A stretch of DNA of 64,000 nt from a virus, in the IMG/VR virus record IMGVR_UViG_3300018022_000003, positions 32,001-96,000 of that record; one strand, written 5' to 3'. The position numbers were made by a program, and so were the translations under genes. Shown in pieces: positions 50,586 through 59,982 of the stretch; the first letter of the stretch is position 1; each line of letters begins with the position of its first letter. Under the pieces are notes generated by a model. That model saw only the letters and a program-made list of their open reading frames with translations. It ran no database searches and was not told the DNA's origin.

Positions 50586-53566
50586 TGCCACACTCGCCCC
50601 TGCTAGACAAGAAAGGCACCATGCTCCCGACCCCAGGAGGCGGGGTAGGAGGGTTCGACAAGGCCGAGCTTTACGACGACCCCGGCTTCGCCACGGAGCA
50701 GCACCATGCCAGGCCGGGGGAGGACGACGACTACAACATGCCGTTCGGGGAGAAGGGGACGGAGCCGGAACGTACCAAGCATGGTGCAGCCGAGGGATGG
50801 CTTAAGGGCAAGGAGAAGTTCAGAAAGCATCTTGACGAGTGGGGATGCCATTTCCTAGTCGCCCCGAACGGGGATGTGCAGTCCTCTAAGGAGACGGGGG
50901 CCACCGAGCATCGGGAGATGCTTACCCCCGTCAACTGGAACAAGGAAAAAGACGGGGAGTATGACTGGGAGTCCGCAGAGAGGGACTTCTTTAGCCAGGG
51001 CGGGATAGAAGTTCATATCGGACGCATCCTTGGCAAGGGGTATGTCGAAGGTGTCATACGGCTTGGGAAGTTTAGCCCAGAGTCGGTTCAAAGGGTAAAT
51101 GCTATCATAGATGAGCTTCCTGTCAAGGAAGTGCAGGTTGCAGACCTGACCAGTGCCCTAATTTCAGGAGAGCCAAGGGCCGTGAAGGGTAAGTTAATGC
51201 GCTATGTCAACAGCCCTGCCCACCTTGCATCCCGTAAGTGCGAGTGCCACGGCTTCACGGAGAGCGGGGAGGACAAGTCCGTATGCACGTGCGGCCACCA
51301 GTGGCACGAGCACTGGCACGGGGGGAGCCTTGGGTGCAGGTTCGGGAAGACGGCCGTAGGGGCGTCCGGCCCCTCCGAGCCCGCCTTCCGGGCGGCCCAG
51401 GTGCTCGCCCAGTTTGGGAAGATAGGGGAGACCGATGTCAGGAGGGTGGCCAAGGGGATAGACGACCTGGTCTCCCATATGCCGGTCTTCTCCCTGTCCA
51501 GGGGAAGGCCAGGGGCAGAGGCGCAGCCCTGGGCAGGCAAGCAGGCGGTGTCCGAGACCCCCATCAAGGTGGTGGAGGACCTGGAGGACGCTCCCCCCCT
51601 GCTCAAGTCTGCCCATACGGACGCCGAGAGATTCCGGGAAGACCTCAAGGAGGAGGCACCGGGCCTCGACGCCTACCTCTACCGGTCCGAGGTCTACTGC
51701 CCCACCTGCGGGCAGGACATCATCGACGAGCTGGTGGACAAGCACCTTGTCCTCCCGCCCGCCCCCGGCACGGACGCCCCCTGGGCCACGGACTCCGAGC
51801 ATGTCCCGCAGCCCCTCTTCTTCATGGAGCAGGACGAGTCCTGCACGAGGTGCGGGGACGACATCGGCAGGGGCAGGAGGGAGCCTGCGGAGCTGGAGGA
51901 GGACAGGGGATTCCTGGGGGGCATGGGCATATCCGCCTCCCTGAAGGGGCTTACCCAGCAGGTGCTTCCCTCCAACCCCCTCCTCGTCCCCAAGGAGCCT
52001 GACCCGGAGACGGCCACGTTCTTCAAGGAGAGCGAGGGGGACAAGCCCTGCTGCCCGTACTGCGGCTCCGACGACTATGGCCTGATGCCGGCCGACTTTG
52101 AGACCGCCAAGTGCAACAAGTGCGGAAGGAACTGGCACCACGGGATTGTCAAGGGGATAAACGACCCAAAGACTGCCACCGAGAAGTCATACGGCACAGG
52201 CACCCCGATAGGCGGCACTGACTCTGGCCTCCCTGCCTCCAAGGAGGACCCCTCCCATCCACGCTGGACCCCCCCTACCCCCCCTAGCCCCATGATGCCC
52301 CCGCAGCAGCCCCAGGCCGAGCCTGGCCAGGCTGCCCAGCCATCCCCTACCCCTCAGTCCCAGGCCAAGCAGGTGGTCAACGAGGTGGCCCAGGACAACC
52401 CCCAGGCGGACAGGAAGGCATTGGAGCAGGTGGTGGAGGGCCTCCAGGAGAAGACGGGTGCCGTGCCCGTCCCCGACATCGACCCGCACGAGGCCCCGGA
52501 GTTCCTCCCCCCCAAGCCCCGCAAGCACCTCGACGACTCCCTTATCGACGAGACCGGCAACCCCCCTATCCCCCTGCACAAGGGGGCAGGCACGGCGGAG
52601 GACGAGCCTGAGGAGGAGGACGTGACCGACCTCGGGACCGTGTACGGAAGGCCGCTGAGAAGGAGCGCTCCCCCTGACGACCCCCCTCCCCCCGCCATCG
52701 ACCTCAGCCGCAGGCCCGTGCCGAAGTGGCTCCAGGAGAAGGGGGAGCCGCCCCTCGACCTCACCGAGGAGGACAGGCAGGAGCTTAGGGCCATGGGCAT
52801 CCAGGCGAGGAGGAAGACAGCGGAGGACGCCGCCTCCTGGTGGGGCAGCACCCCTGCCGACACCAGGCGCAGCATGGCGGACAGGCTGGGGATAGACAAG
52901 TACTGGACCCACTTCAGGTGGACCTCCCTGCCCCCCGGCGTGCAGGACACGGTGAGGATACGCATCCAAGAGCCCCCCCTGGAGCTTACGGAGGAGGACA
53001 GGAGGCACCTTAAGGAGATGGGGGTGCAGGCAGCCGGGGGCAAGGGAGACCCCCTATTGGCCAAGAAGCTCTACGAGGAGGGCAAGGAGGCCTTCGAGCA
53101 CGGCAAGCCGGACGAGGCAGCGGACCTCCTGAAGAAGTCCCTGGACAGCAACCCCTACAACGGCCCGGCGCACTTCATGCTGGGCATCGCCCTGGCGCAG
53201 GAGGGGGAGGTGGGGGGGGCGATATACGAGCTGGAGAGGGCGCTGAGGATAAGGCCCCAGGACAGCTACGCCTACCACTCCCTCATCAGGGACATGGAGA
53301 AGGGGGGGCTGCTGGACTCCCTCCCGAGGGAGGTCTCGGACCTCCTCCGTGACAAGATGGTGTCCAAGGAGGCGGCTTCCTCTCCGGGAAAGGCGGCCCC
53401 GGCCAGCACCTATGGGAAGGCCGGGCAGCCCCCCGAGGACCCATGCCCCCCCACCCCGGCATGCCCGAACTGCAAGGGCCAGGACACGCACCCTGTCCAG
53501 GACCCTGACTCAGATGGGGGAAGCCTAGTGGAATGCAGGGGATGCGGGGCATTCTTCGCCCGCTAG
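50585..53566 (+). CDS. Large modular protein with zinc ribbons and a TPR domain, probable internal head protein
   Basis: Several CxxC motifs, a duplicated PPL.LTEEDR..L..MG.QA motif and a TPR-like A..LY.EG...P.N..AH..LG; lies just upstream of the protease. Confidence 0.65.
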   Translation: MPHSPLLDKKGTMLPTPGGGVGGFDKAELYDDPGFATEQHHARPGEDDDYNMPFGEKGTEPERTKHGAAEGWLKGKEKFRKHLDEWGCHFLVAPNGDVQSSKETGATEHREMLTPVNWNKEKDGEYDWESAERDFFSQGGIEVHIGRILGKGYVEGVIRLGKFSPESVQRVNAIIDELPVKEVQVADLTSALISGEPRAVKGKLMRYVNSPAHLASRKCECHGFTESGEDKSVCTCGHQWHEHWHGGSLGCRFGKTAVGASGPSEPAFRAAQVLAQFGKIGETDVRRVAKGIDDLVSHMPVFSLSRGRPGAEAQPWAGKQAVSETPIKVVEDLEDAPPLLKSAHTDAERFREDLKEEAPGLDAYLYRSEVYCPTCGQDIIDELVDKHLVLPPAPGTDAPWATDSEHVPQPLFFMEQDESCTRCGDDIGRGRREPAELEEDRGFLGGMGISASLKGLTQQVLPSNPLLVPKEPDPETATFFKESEGDKPCCPYCGSDDYGLMPADFETAKCNKCGRNWHHGIVKGINDPKTATEKSYGTGTPIGGTDSGLPASKEDPSHPRWTPPTPPSPMMPPQQPQAEPGQAAQPSPTPQSQAKQVVNEVAQDNPQADRKALEQVVEGLQEKTGAVPVPDIDPHEAPEFLPPKPRKHLDDSLIDETGNPPIPLHKGAGTAEDEPEEEDVTDLGTVYGRPLRRSAPPDDPPPPAIDLSRRPVPKWLQEKGEPPLDLTEEDRQELRAMGIQARRKTAEDAASWWGSTPADTRRSMADRLGIDKYWTHFRWTSLPPGVQDTVRIRIQEPPLELTEEDRRHLKEMGVQAAGGKGDPLLAKKLYEEGKEAFEHGKPDEAADLLKKSLDSNPYNGPAHFMLGIALAQEGEVGGAIYELERALRIRPQDSYAYHSLIRDMEKGGLLDSLPREVSDLLRDKMVSKEAASSPGKAAPASTYGKAGQPPEDPCPPTPACPNCKGQDTHPVQDPDSDGGSLVECRGCGAFFAR

Positions 53567-53610
53567 AGGCACAAATACATACTAGGGGACACCTTTAGTA
53601 GGCAGGACAA

Positions 53611-54510
53611 ATGGCCTTTCCCAAGACGGCGAATGCGGTGGTCAGAGAGCCGGTGCTCTCCTCCCATGACTGGGAGAGGGCGTGGGGGAGCCTCGCCTTC
53701 CATATCCCCCTGTCCCCGGAGGCCAGGGGTTTCTGGAAGACCGCCTCGTCCGCCCAGAGCAAGTACCTGCTGAGCCACTGCACCATCATGTCCTCCGTGG
53801 CCACGGAGGAGGAGCCCTACGACTACCTCATCCGCCCTGCCAGCGCCCACCTGGTGAACAACAACGACGACGCCTGGTCCAACGAGGTCATGAGGATGTC
53901 CCACCGTACCTTCGTGGGGGCGTTCAACTTCGTGGAGCACTTCCAGAACTCGAAGTACGCCAAGGGGCATATTATCGACAGCATCCTGCGGAGGATACAC
54001 CTTACCCAGGACCCCAGGGACAGCGTCTACTTCGTGGACATCCTGGTCGCCACGGACCTCTCCCACAGGAAGCTGGCGAACGACATACGGACCGGCAGGG
54101 TCAAGTACCTCAGCATGGGGTGCGTGACGGACCTCGTCATCTGCTCCTTCTGCGGCCAGAGGGTGGCCGACGCAGGCTCCTACTGCCACCACCTCCAGTT
54201 CAACAAGGGGGCCTTCCTGCCCGACGACGACGGCGTGCCGAGGCGGATAGCCGAGCTTTGCGGCCACAAGTCCCTGCCAGGAGGCGGGGTACGGTTCGTG
54301 GAGGCGTCCTGGGTACAGACCCCGGCGTTCCCAGGGGCGGTCAAAAGGTCCATAGTGGCGGAGGAGTGGCTCGGCCCTGCCACCCAGTACACCCGGCAGG
54401 TGGCCTCGGACGAGGAGTTCGCCAAGGCAGCCTCGGAGAACGACAACTACCAGGGCCTTAATGTGGGAGAGTACCTCCTCTCCATGGACGACGGGAGGAA
54501 CCTAAGATAA
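53611..54510 (+). CDS. Prohead (capsid maturation) protease
   Basis: NNNDDAW, VEH, G.IID, LSMGC, CSFC..C.H and EASWV.TPAF.GA; upstream of the scaffold and MCP genes. Confidence 0.8.
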   Translation: MAFPKTANAVVREPVLSSHDWERAWGSLAFHIPLSPEARGFWKTASSAQSKYLLSHCTIMSSVATEEEPYDYLIRPASAHLVNNNDDAWSNEVMRMSHRTFVGAFNFVEHFQNSKYAKGHIIDSILRRIHLTQDPRDSVYFVDILVATDLSHRKLANDIRTGRVKYLSMGCVTDLVICSFCGQRVADAGSYCHHLQFNKGAFLPDDDGVPRRIAELCGHKSLPGGGVRFVEASWVQTPAFPGAVKRSIVAEEWLGPATQYTRQVASDEEFAKAASENDNYQGLNVGEYLLSMDDGRNLR

Positions 54511-56702
54511 TGGCAGGACCCAACCCCCTAATCGCCGCCTACCAGCGCAAGCTGGCCGAGCTGGGCGAGCTTGACAGCGAGATAAACAGGCTGGACATGA
54601 CCCTCCCCGAGGGCGAGGGGGGGAAGACCTTCGACTACCTTGCCCAGAAGCGCCAGGAGATAGAGCGTGAGATACGGGGCATGAAGGAGAAGATTGACCT
54701 CCTGTCCGCCTGGCAGAGGCTCAAGGAGGGCATGCACTGGTCCGAGGGCCTCCGCTCCCAGCTAGACGGCCTGGACGAGAGCATAGGGGAGATAGCCACC
54801 AGCAGGTCCGCCGAGGGCGGGGCCGGGGAGGCCGGGGCACTACCCCCGGAGCAGCCCCCTGCCGAGGCCCCGGAGCAGCCTGCGCCTGCGCCAGAGGCAC
54901 CCCCCGAGCCTTCCCCCACCGAGGAAACACCGCCTCCGCCACCCCCAGCGCCCGTCCAGGCGGCCAAGAAAGACAACTATCCGATTCCTGATAAGAAGGG
55001 CAGTAGTGGCCCTAACCCTGAGAGAGGAAAGACTATGGCAAACGATTCCAAGACCTCGCTGAAGACAGCGCTAGCCGACATGAAGGCCAGCAGGGAGGCG
55101 GTAACCAGGGAGGCCAAGACCCGTGTCGCAGCCGCCTGGACCATCGCCAAGACCATGCTGCCCACAGCGCCCCCGGAGGCGCAGAAGGCCTTTGCGCAAA
55201 CGCTGCTGGCGAACGGCACCAAGGCGCTGATTGCGGCCCTGAAGCAGACCGCCGTCAATGCCCACTATACCAAGGTGGCCGAAGAGTTCAAGAAGGTCCA
55301 CAAGGTCGAGCTGAACGACCTGCTTGAGGACCCCTCCGTCCTGACCAAGGAGAAGGGAGCTGTCAAGTCCGAGGTCAAGGGCGACCCGAAGAGCGCCACC
55401 GGGAAGCAGGCAGACGACCGTAAGGACTCCGGCCCCCAGCCCTCGACCTACAACGACGGCCGTGGCTGCGGCGGCGGCACCCACTCCGAGCCGAAGGAAG
55501 TCGATGCAGGCAAGGCTGCGGAGCGCCCAGGGGCAGGAGAGCGCCCCGGCGACACCGTGAACCTGTCCGAGGGCAAGTCCGCTGGCAAGGAGAGCGACAA
55601 GGCGGACGAGAAGCTGGAGAAGGCCAAGGCGAAGCAGGAGGTCAAGGACGCCAAGAAGGACGCCTCTGCCAAGACGGCCCAGCCCGTTCCTCCCCCGGCA
55701 CCGCCCGCAGCACCGCTCGCACCGCCCGCCGAGGGCGGGGCAGCACCGCCAGCGGAGCCTCCTGTCGAGGAGACGCCCGCTGAGGAGCCTCCCGCCGACA
55801 TCCCGCCCGTCGAGGGCGAGGGCGCACTCCCGCCCGCACCCCCTGCCGAGGGGGGGGCGGCCGAGATGGTGACCGAGGAGAAGATTAAGGACATCGTCGA
55901 GAAGGTCGAGGAGGTCGCCGAGGAGATTAAGGAGCTTGAGAAGGACATCTCTACGGAGACCAGGGAGGGCGAGGAGGTCCCTGAGGGCGTCCTTGAGACC
56001 GAGGGCAAGGAGCTGGAGGAGACCGGAGAGCAGCTTGAGGGGGAGGGCGAGTCCCTGGAAGGAGAGGGGGAGGCGCTCAACCTCGACAGCATCTTCAACG
56101 AGGAGGCCATCGACGACAAGACCTCCGCACTCGCCAACGAGGGGGACAACTCCGGGGCAGAGTTCTTTGCACCCTCTGCCGCCGTGGAGCTGGAGGCCGC
56201 CATCGACGACAGCGGCATGGGCAGCATCCAGGACATGTTCTCCGTCGTAGGCTCCGACGCCGACCCGCTGGCAGCCCTGCTCGACGTCAAGACGGCTGCC
56301 CAGGTGGCAGGCATAGACGTGGTCCCCAGCTTCACCGGGGAGGCGGCCAAGAAGTTCCAGAGCGACACGGCCGGCAGCGACGGCAGGGACTTCGAGGACG
56401 ACCACTCCGCCACCCTGTGGGCAGAGGTTATCAAGACCTCCGACCTGCCGGAGTTCAAGGACTCTGGCCCTGGCAAGGGCCCCGTCCGGGTCCCGCAGGA
56501 CTCCCAGCCCAAGCTGGAGTCCCCCAAGGACGGCGAGGCACCCTCTTCCCAGGGCAAGGCGGCCGCCAAGCCCGCTGACAAGAAGGCCCCGGCTACCCTG
56601 AGGAAGATAAAGCCGGTTATCGCCTCCGACAAGGACGCCGTCCGCAGCATCGACCTCGCCGACGCCCTGTTCGGGGACGGCGGTGCCGGAGAGGGCCGGT
56701 AG
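54510..56702 (+). CDS. Capsid scaffolding-like protein
   Basis: Highly acidic, coiled-coil and Pro/Ala-rich; between the protease and capsid genes. Confidence 0.65.
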   Translation: MAGPNPLIAAYQRKLAELGELDSEINRLDMTLPEGEGGKTFDYLAQKRQEIEREIRGMKEKIDLLSAWQRLKEGMHWSEGLRSQLDGLDESIGEIATSRSAEGGAGEAGALPPEQPPAEAPEQPAPAPEAPPEPSPTEETPPPPPPAPVQAAKKDNYPIPDKKGSSGPNPERGKTMANDSKTSLKTALADMKASREAVTREAKTRVAAAWTIAKTMLPTAPPEAQKAFAQTLLANGTKALIAALKQTAVNAHYTKVAEEFKKVHKVELNDLLEDPSVLTKEKGAVKSEVKGDPKSATGKQADDRKDSGPQPSTYNDGRGCGGGTHSEPKEVDAGKAAERPGAGERPGDTVNLSEGKSAGKESDKADEKLEKAKAKQEVKDAKKDASAKTAQPVPPPAPPAAPLAPPAEGGAAPPAEPPVEETPAEEPPADIPPVEGEGALPPAPPAEGGAAEMVTEEKIKDIVEKVEEVAEEIKELEKDISTETREGEEVPEGVLETEGKELEETGEQLEGEGESLEGEGEALNLDSIFNEEAIDDKTSALANEGDNSGAEFFAPSAAVELEAAIDDSGMGSIQDMFSVVGSDADPLAALLDVKTAAQVAGIDVVPSFTGEAAKKFQSDTAGSDGRDFEDDHSATLWAEVIKTSDLPEFKDSGPGKGPVRVPQDSQPKLESPKDGEAPSSQGKAAAKPADKKAPATLRKIKPVIASDKDAVRSIDLADALFGDGGAGEGR

Positions 56703-56725
56703 CCAGGTAGGCATGCGCAGTCAAC

Positions 56726-56748
56726 GCCCCCCGGGCCAGCCGGGGGGC
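56726..56748 (+). terminator. Hairpin after the scaffold gene
   Basis: GCCCCCCGG-GCCAG-CCGGGGGGC. Confidence 0.4.
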
Positions 56749-57088
56749 TATCCCCTTGCCCCTATGCAACCCAACCCATCCTACGGCCCCATCATGGGGG
56801 ACCTTATAACATATACGGGGGAAGGCCTTCCCTCCCTCGTCCCTGTCCCCTCCGTCCTCCTTCCCGTACCCAAGATGCCAGCGAGTCGGGCTTACACGGC
56901 TGGAACCCCGCCAAACAAGCGCCCGGAGCCGACTTCCGGGCGTCCCTTCTAGCCGGAATTTCCCAAGTTCCACAACTACGGACCCCCTTATATGTAGGCG
57001 TGTGTGGCATGCTATAGCCCCGGATGTCCCTCCCTGGACGACGGGCTGGCTGGCCGCATAATCCAACCGCCTACGATGGAGTAGTCAA

Positions 57089-57736
57089 ATGGGTCTAAAG
57101 CTCATCTACTACGGGCAGAACGACTCGGTGAACTGCACGCCCGACGTGCTCCTGACCGGCGACCCCGGCACCGACCAGCAAACGCTGATTAGCGCCGGAT
57201 ACCTGGGCGGGCGCATCATGGCGCTGGCAGGGGACCCCCAGAACGCAGTCGGGGTCAGCACTGTCATCGTGCCCTGCGACGTGGACTCTACCCCCGGTGT
57301 CTCGGGGATGGAGACCGCCAAGGCAGGCATCGTCGGCCCTGGCCCGTACAACCCGAACGACAATTACTACACCTCGACGGCGACCACCACCGTGGCGGCG
57401 GGCAACATCCCCTTCGGGACGCTGCTCAACGGCCCTGGCGAGTTCTCTGGCGCAGTCGGGCCTGCCGGTTCCAAGAAGGCCCCGATTGTCCGGGCGCTTT
57501 GGCAGGGGAACCTCAACCAGGAGTCGTACGACACGAACTCCTATGCCCTGGCGGCCTATGCAGTAGGACAGTACGTCTACGCCGGGGGCAGCAACAGCGC
57601 TCACGCCTCCAACGTGGGACTGTACACCTCGTCTGGAAACTACTCCCAGACGGCGGGCAACCGCATCCCCGTGGGAATCTGCACTCACGTGCCGACCACC
57701 CAGGAGCCTTGGCTCGGCGTAGCCAGCCTGCTATAA
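57089..57736 (+). CDS. Head decoration / capsid cement protein
   Basis: Gly/Thr-rich and immediately upstream of the MCP; ends P.G.CT..P.....LG. Confidence 0.7.
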   Translation: MGLKLIYYGQNDSVNCTPDVLLTGDPGTDQQTLISAGYLGGRIMALAGDPQNAVGVSTVIVPCDVDSTPGVSGMETAKAGIVGPGPYNPNDNYYTSTATTTVAAGNIPFGTLLNGPGEFSGAVGPAGSKKAPIVRALWQGNLNQESYDTNSYALAAYAVGQYVYAGGSNSAHASNVGLYTSSGNYSQTAGNRIPVGICTHVPTTQEPWLGVASLL

Positions 57737-57758
57737 GGCAGCGAGAGGAGACAAACAG

Positions 57759-58760
57759 ATGGCAAACCTTTCCCGCACTCAACAGCAGACGGCAATGCTA
57801 GGCCAACTGCTGAAGACGGCCGGCGGCCGGCAGAAGCTAGCCGCTAGCCTCGGACCGTCCCTCCGCAGGCGTCGTGACTACATGAGCATCGCACGCAAGG
57901 CGCTCATGGTCGAGACCCTGCCGGACGGCGCTCTGCCCATCTACGACAAGGAGTTCGACATTGCCGCCCAGACCGTTTCCGGTCCTGCGGGCGGGTCCTT
58001 TGTCGAGGCCTTCGTGGTGGGCGAGGAGGGCGGCGACATCGTTCGGGTCACCAAGCCGAAGCGTGTCACCGTTCCGACGTTTGAAATCGTGTCGAACCCG
58101 ATGATTCCCATCACGCAGATTAAGGAGCGTCGGTTCGACCTGGTCGCCCGCTCCCTCAACCTGGCGAAGGCCGAGGTTGGGGCAGCCGAGGACGGGTACG
58201 TCTTCGGGCTGTTCGACGCCGTGGCAGCCGCAGCCAACGCCCAGGTGGTGCTGGACAACGCAGCCAGGGCCGGCAGCGGCCTGTTCGACCCCGTCTACAA
58301 CGGGGACATAGCCATCAGCCCGCCCATCGACCTCAACTCGATGGCTGACGGCTTCGGGCAGGTGCAGCGGCACGACCTGTCTGTGGCGTTCTGCTTCTTC
58401 AACCCGAGGGACTACACGGACCTCCTGAAGTGGACGCAGCAGAACATCGACCGTGAGACGCAGCGCAAGCTGCTCAAGACCGGCGTCATGGGATACCTGT
58501 GGGGAGCCACCCTCCTCCAGTCCCGTAAGGTCGGCTTCGGGTGCGTCTACATCCTGGCGGACGCCGAGTTCCTGGGCGTCATCCCGGAGCGTATCCCGCT
58601 CACCGTCATGTCCGCCGACAGGCCGGACCTCAGGCAGATTGGGTTCAGCATCTTCGAGAGCCTGGGCTTCCTGGTGTTCAACCCCTCCGGCGTGCAGCGG
58701 CTCACCGTCACCGGGCGCTACAAGGCCTGGGACGGCTCGACCAACCAGGGCGAGAACTAA
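57759..58760 (+). CDS. Major capsid protein
   Basis: ARKALMVETLPDGALP.YD, VPTFEIVSNP.I, DLVAR...A..E..AAED and G..G.LWGA; gene order protease-scaffold-decoration-MCP. Confidence 0.85.
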   Translation: MANLSRTQQQTAMLGQLLKTAGGRQKLAASLGPSLRRRRDYMSIARKALMVETLPDGALPIYDKEFDIAAQTVSGPAGGSFVEAFVVGEEGGDIVRVTKPKRVTVPTFEIVSNPMIPITQIKERRFDLVARSLNLAKAEVGAAEDGYVFGLFDAVAAAANAQVVLDNAARAGSGLFDPVYNGDIAISPPIDLNSMADGFGQVQRHDLSVAFCFFNPRDYTDLLKWTQQNIDRETQRKLLKTGVMGYLWGATLLQSRKVGFGCVYILADAEFLGVIPERIPLTVMSADRPDLRQIGFSIFESLGFLVFNPSGVQRLTVTGRYKAWDGSTNQGEN

Positions 58761-58782
58761 AGCCCTTCATCGACAGTCCTCC

Positions 58783-58822
58783 AAGGCGGGGGCCCAACAG
58801 GGCCCTCGCCTTCCTGTCTCTT
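58783..58822 (+). terminator. Terminator after the MCP gene
   Basis: AAGGCGGGGGCCC-AACA-GGGCCCTCGCCTT plus a pyrimidine tail. Confidence 0.6.
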
Positions 58823-58858
58823 CCCCCCGACACACCGAAAACCTCAGTATTATGGGGC

Positions 58859-59338
58859 ATGAGCCTGCCTATACGCTTCGAGAAGGTGGACTCCCGCTAC
58901 TACCGCAGCGGACGCCCCGCCCTCAGGGACTACGAGGAGCTGGCCACCAAGGTCAGGTCCATCGTCAACCTGGAGGGGCACGGCCCTGCCTCCGCCGAGG
59001 TAGAGGCCTGCCTCCCCTACATCATCGAGCACCTCTGGTTCCCTATCAGCGTGGAGCAGATATACATGGAGGGGGTGCCGCAGCCGCTCCTGGACTGGGC
59101 GCTGAACTCCATGGATAGCCTCCCGGCCCCGGTGCTCATCCACTGCCAGCACGGGGAGGACCGTACCGGGATGGTGGTGGCCATAATACGCATCCGCTCG
59201 GGATGGAGCTACGGGGATGCTATTAAGGAGGCTGTCTCCCACGGCTACCGCCAGCTACTCAACCGGGGGCTGGACGAGGTCCTGGAGAGGTATGCCGCTT
59301 GCCTTGGGGACAAGGCCAAGGACGGGGAGCAGGGATGA
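58859..59338 (+). CDS. Dual-specificity / tyrosine phosphatase family protein
   Basis: YRSGRP, IVNL and the P-loop VLIHCQHGEDRTG. Confidence 0.88.
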   Translation: MSLPIRFEKVDSRYYRSGRPALRDYEELATKVRSIVNLEGHGPASAEVEACLPYIIEHLWFPISVEQIYMEGVPQPLLDWALNSMDSLPAPVLIHCQHGEDRTGMVVAIIRIRSGWSYGDAIKEAVSHGYRQLLNRGLDEVLERYAACLGDKAKDGEQG

Positions 59339-59970
59339 CGAACTATGTGGCCAGCACGACCATAAACTTCGAGAAGTCAAGGTTCTACGTCCGCCCAGGG
59401 GACATGCTCTCCTACGACCCCCAGCACAGCGGCGGGTCGCTTGCCATATACCGGAACGGACAGCTTGTCAAGGTCCTCAGGGTAGAGTCCCTGGCCATCG
59501 AGGCGTTCCTGAAGAGCAGGTTCATATCCGAGGTCAGGGTACCTGCCAAGCCCGGCCCCCCGGCGACCAAGGAGGCTCCTCCCAGGGAGAATGCCGGGAC
59601 AATCACCATAGATACCCTCGCCAGCGGGTATGCCAGCCCGCTCAAGGCGGCCGAGCCTGCCCCCGACCCGCACGGCCTGCTTACCCCGCCAAGCGACCCC
59701 CCTCTTACCAGCCCGCACCTTACCGGCTTCAAGCGCCTGCTCCCTGACTACAATGCATTCCCCTCCGACCTGGGCGTGGCGCTCGTGGACGGCCAGGCAA
59801 GAGTCGGGCCTCCAGGGGAGACCCCCAAGAGGGAGAGGAAGAGGAAGAAGCCTGCCCCCGCAGGCGAGATTGACTTCGCCGTGCATCCTCCCGACCCTCC
59901 CCCGTCCCAGGTACAAGGCCCTAGTGACCCGCCAGAGCAACCCGAGCATAACCGAATAAGCGAACCATAG
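59335..59970 (+). CDS. Hypothetical protein with Pro-rich C-terminus
   Basis: ATGA overlap with the previous gene. Confidence 0.6.
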   Translation: MTNYVASTTINFEKSRFYVRPGDMLSYDPQHSGGSLAIYRNGQLVKVLRVESLAIEAFLKSRFISEVRVPAKPGPPATKEAPPRENAGTITIDTLASGYASPLKAAEPAPDPHGLLTPPSDPPLTSPHLTGFKRLLPDYNAFPSDLGVALVDGQARVGPPGETPKRERKRKKPAPAGEIDFAVHPPDPPPSQVQGPSDPPEQPEHNRISEP

Positions 59971-59982
59971 ATTGAGGGGTCT

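Noticed and set aside
56764-56952. Possible 62-aa Pro-rich ORF between the scaffold and decoration genes
   Set aside because: No RBS, low complexity and overlap with hairpins. It is not supportable without homologs.
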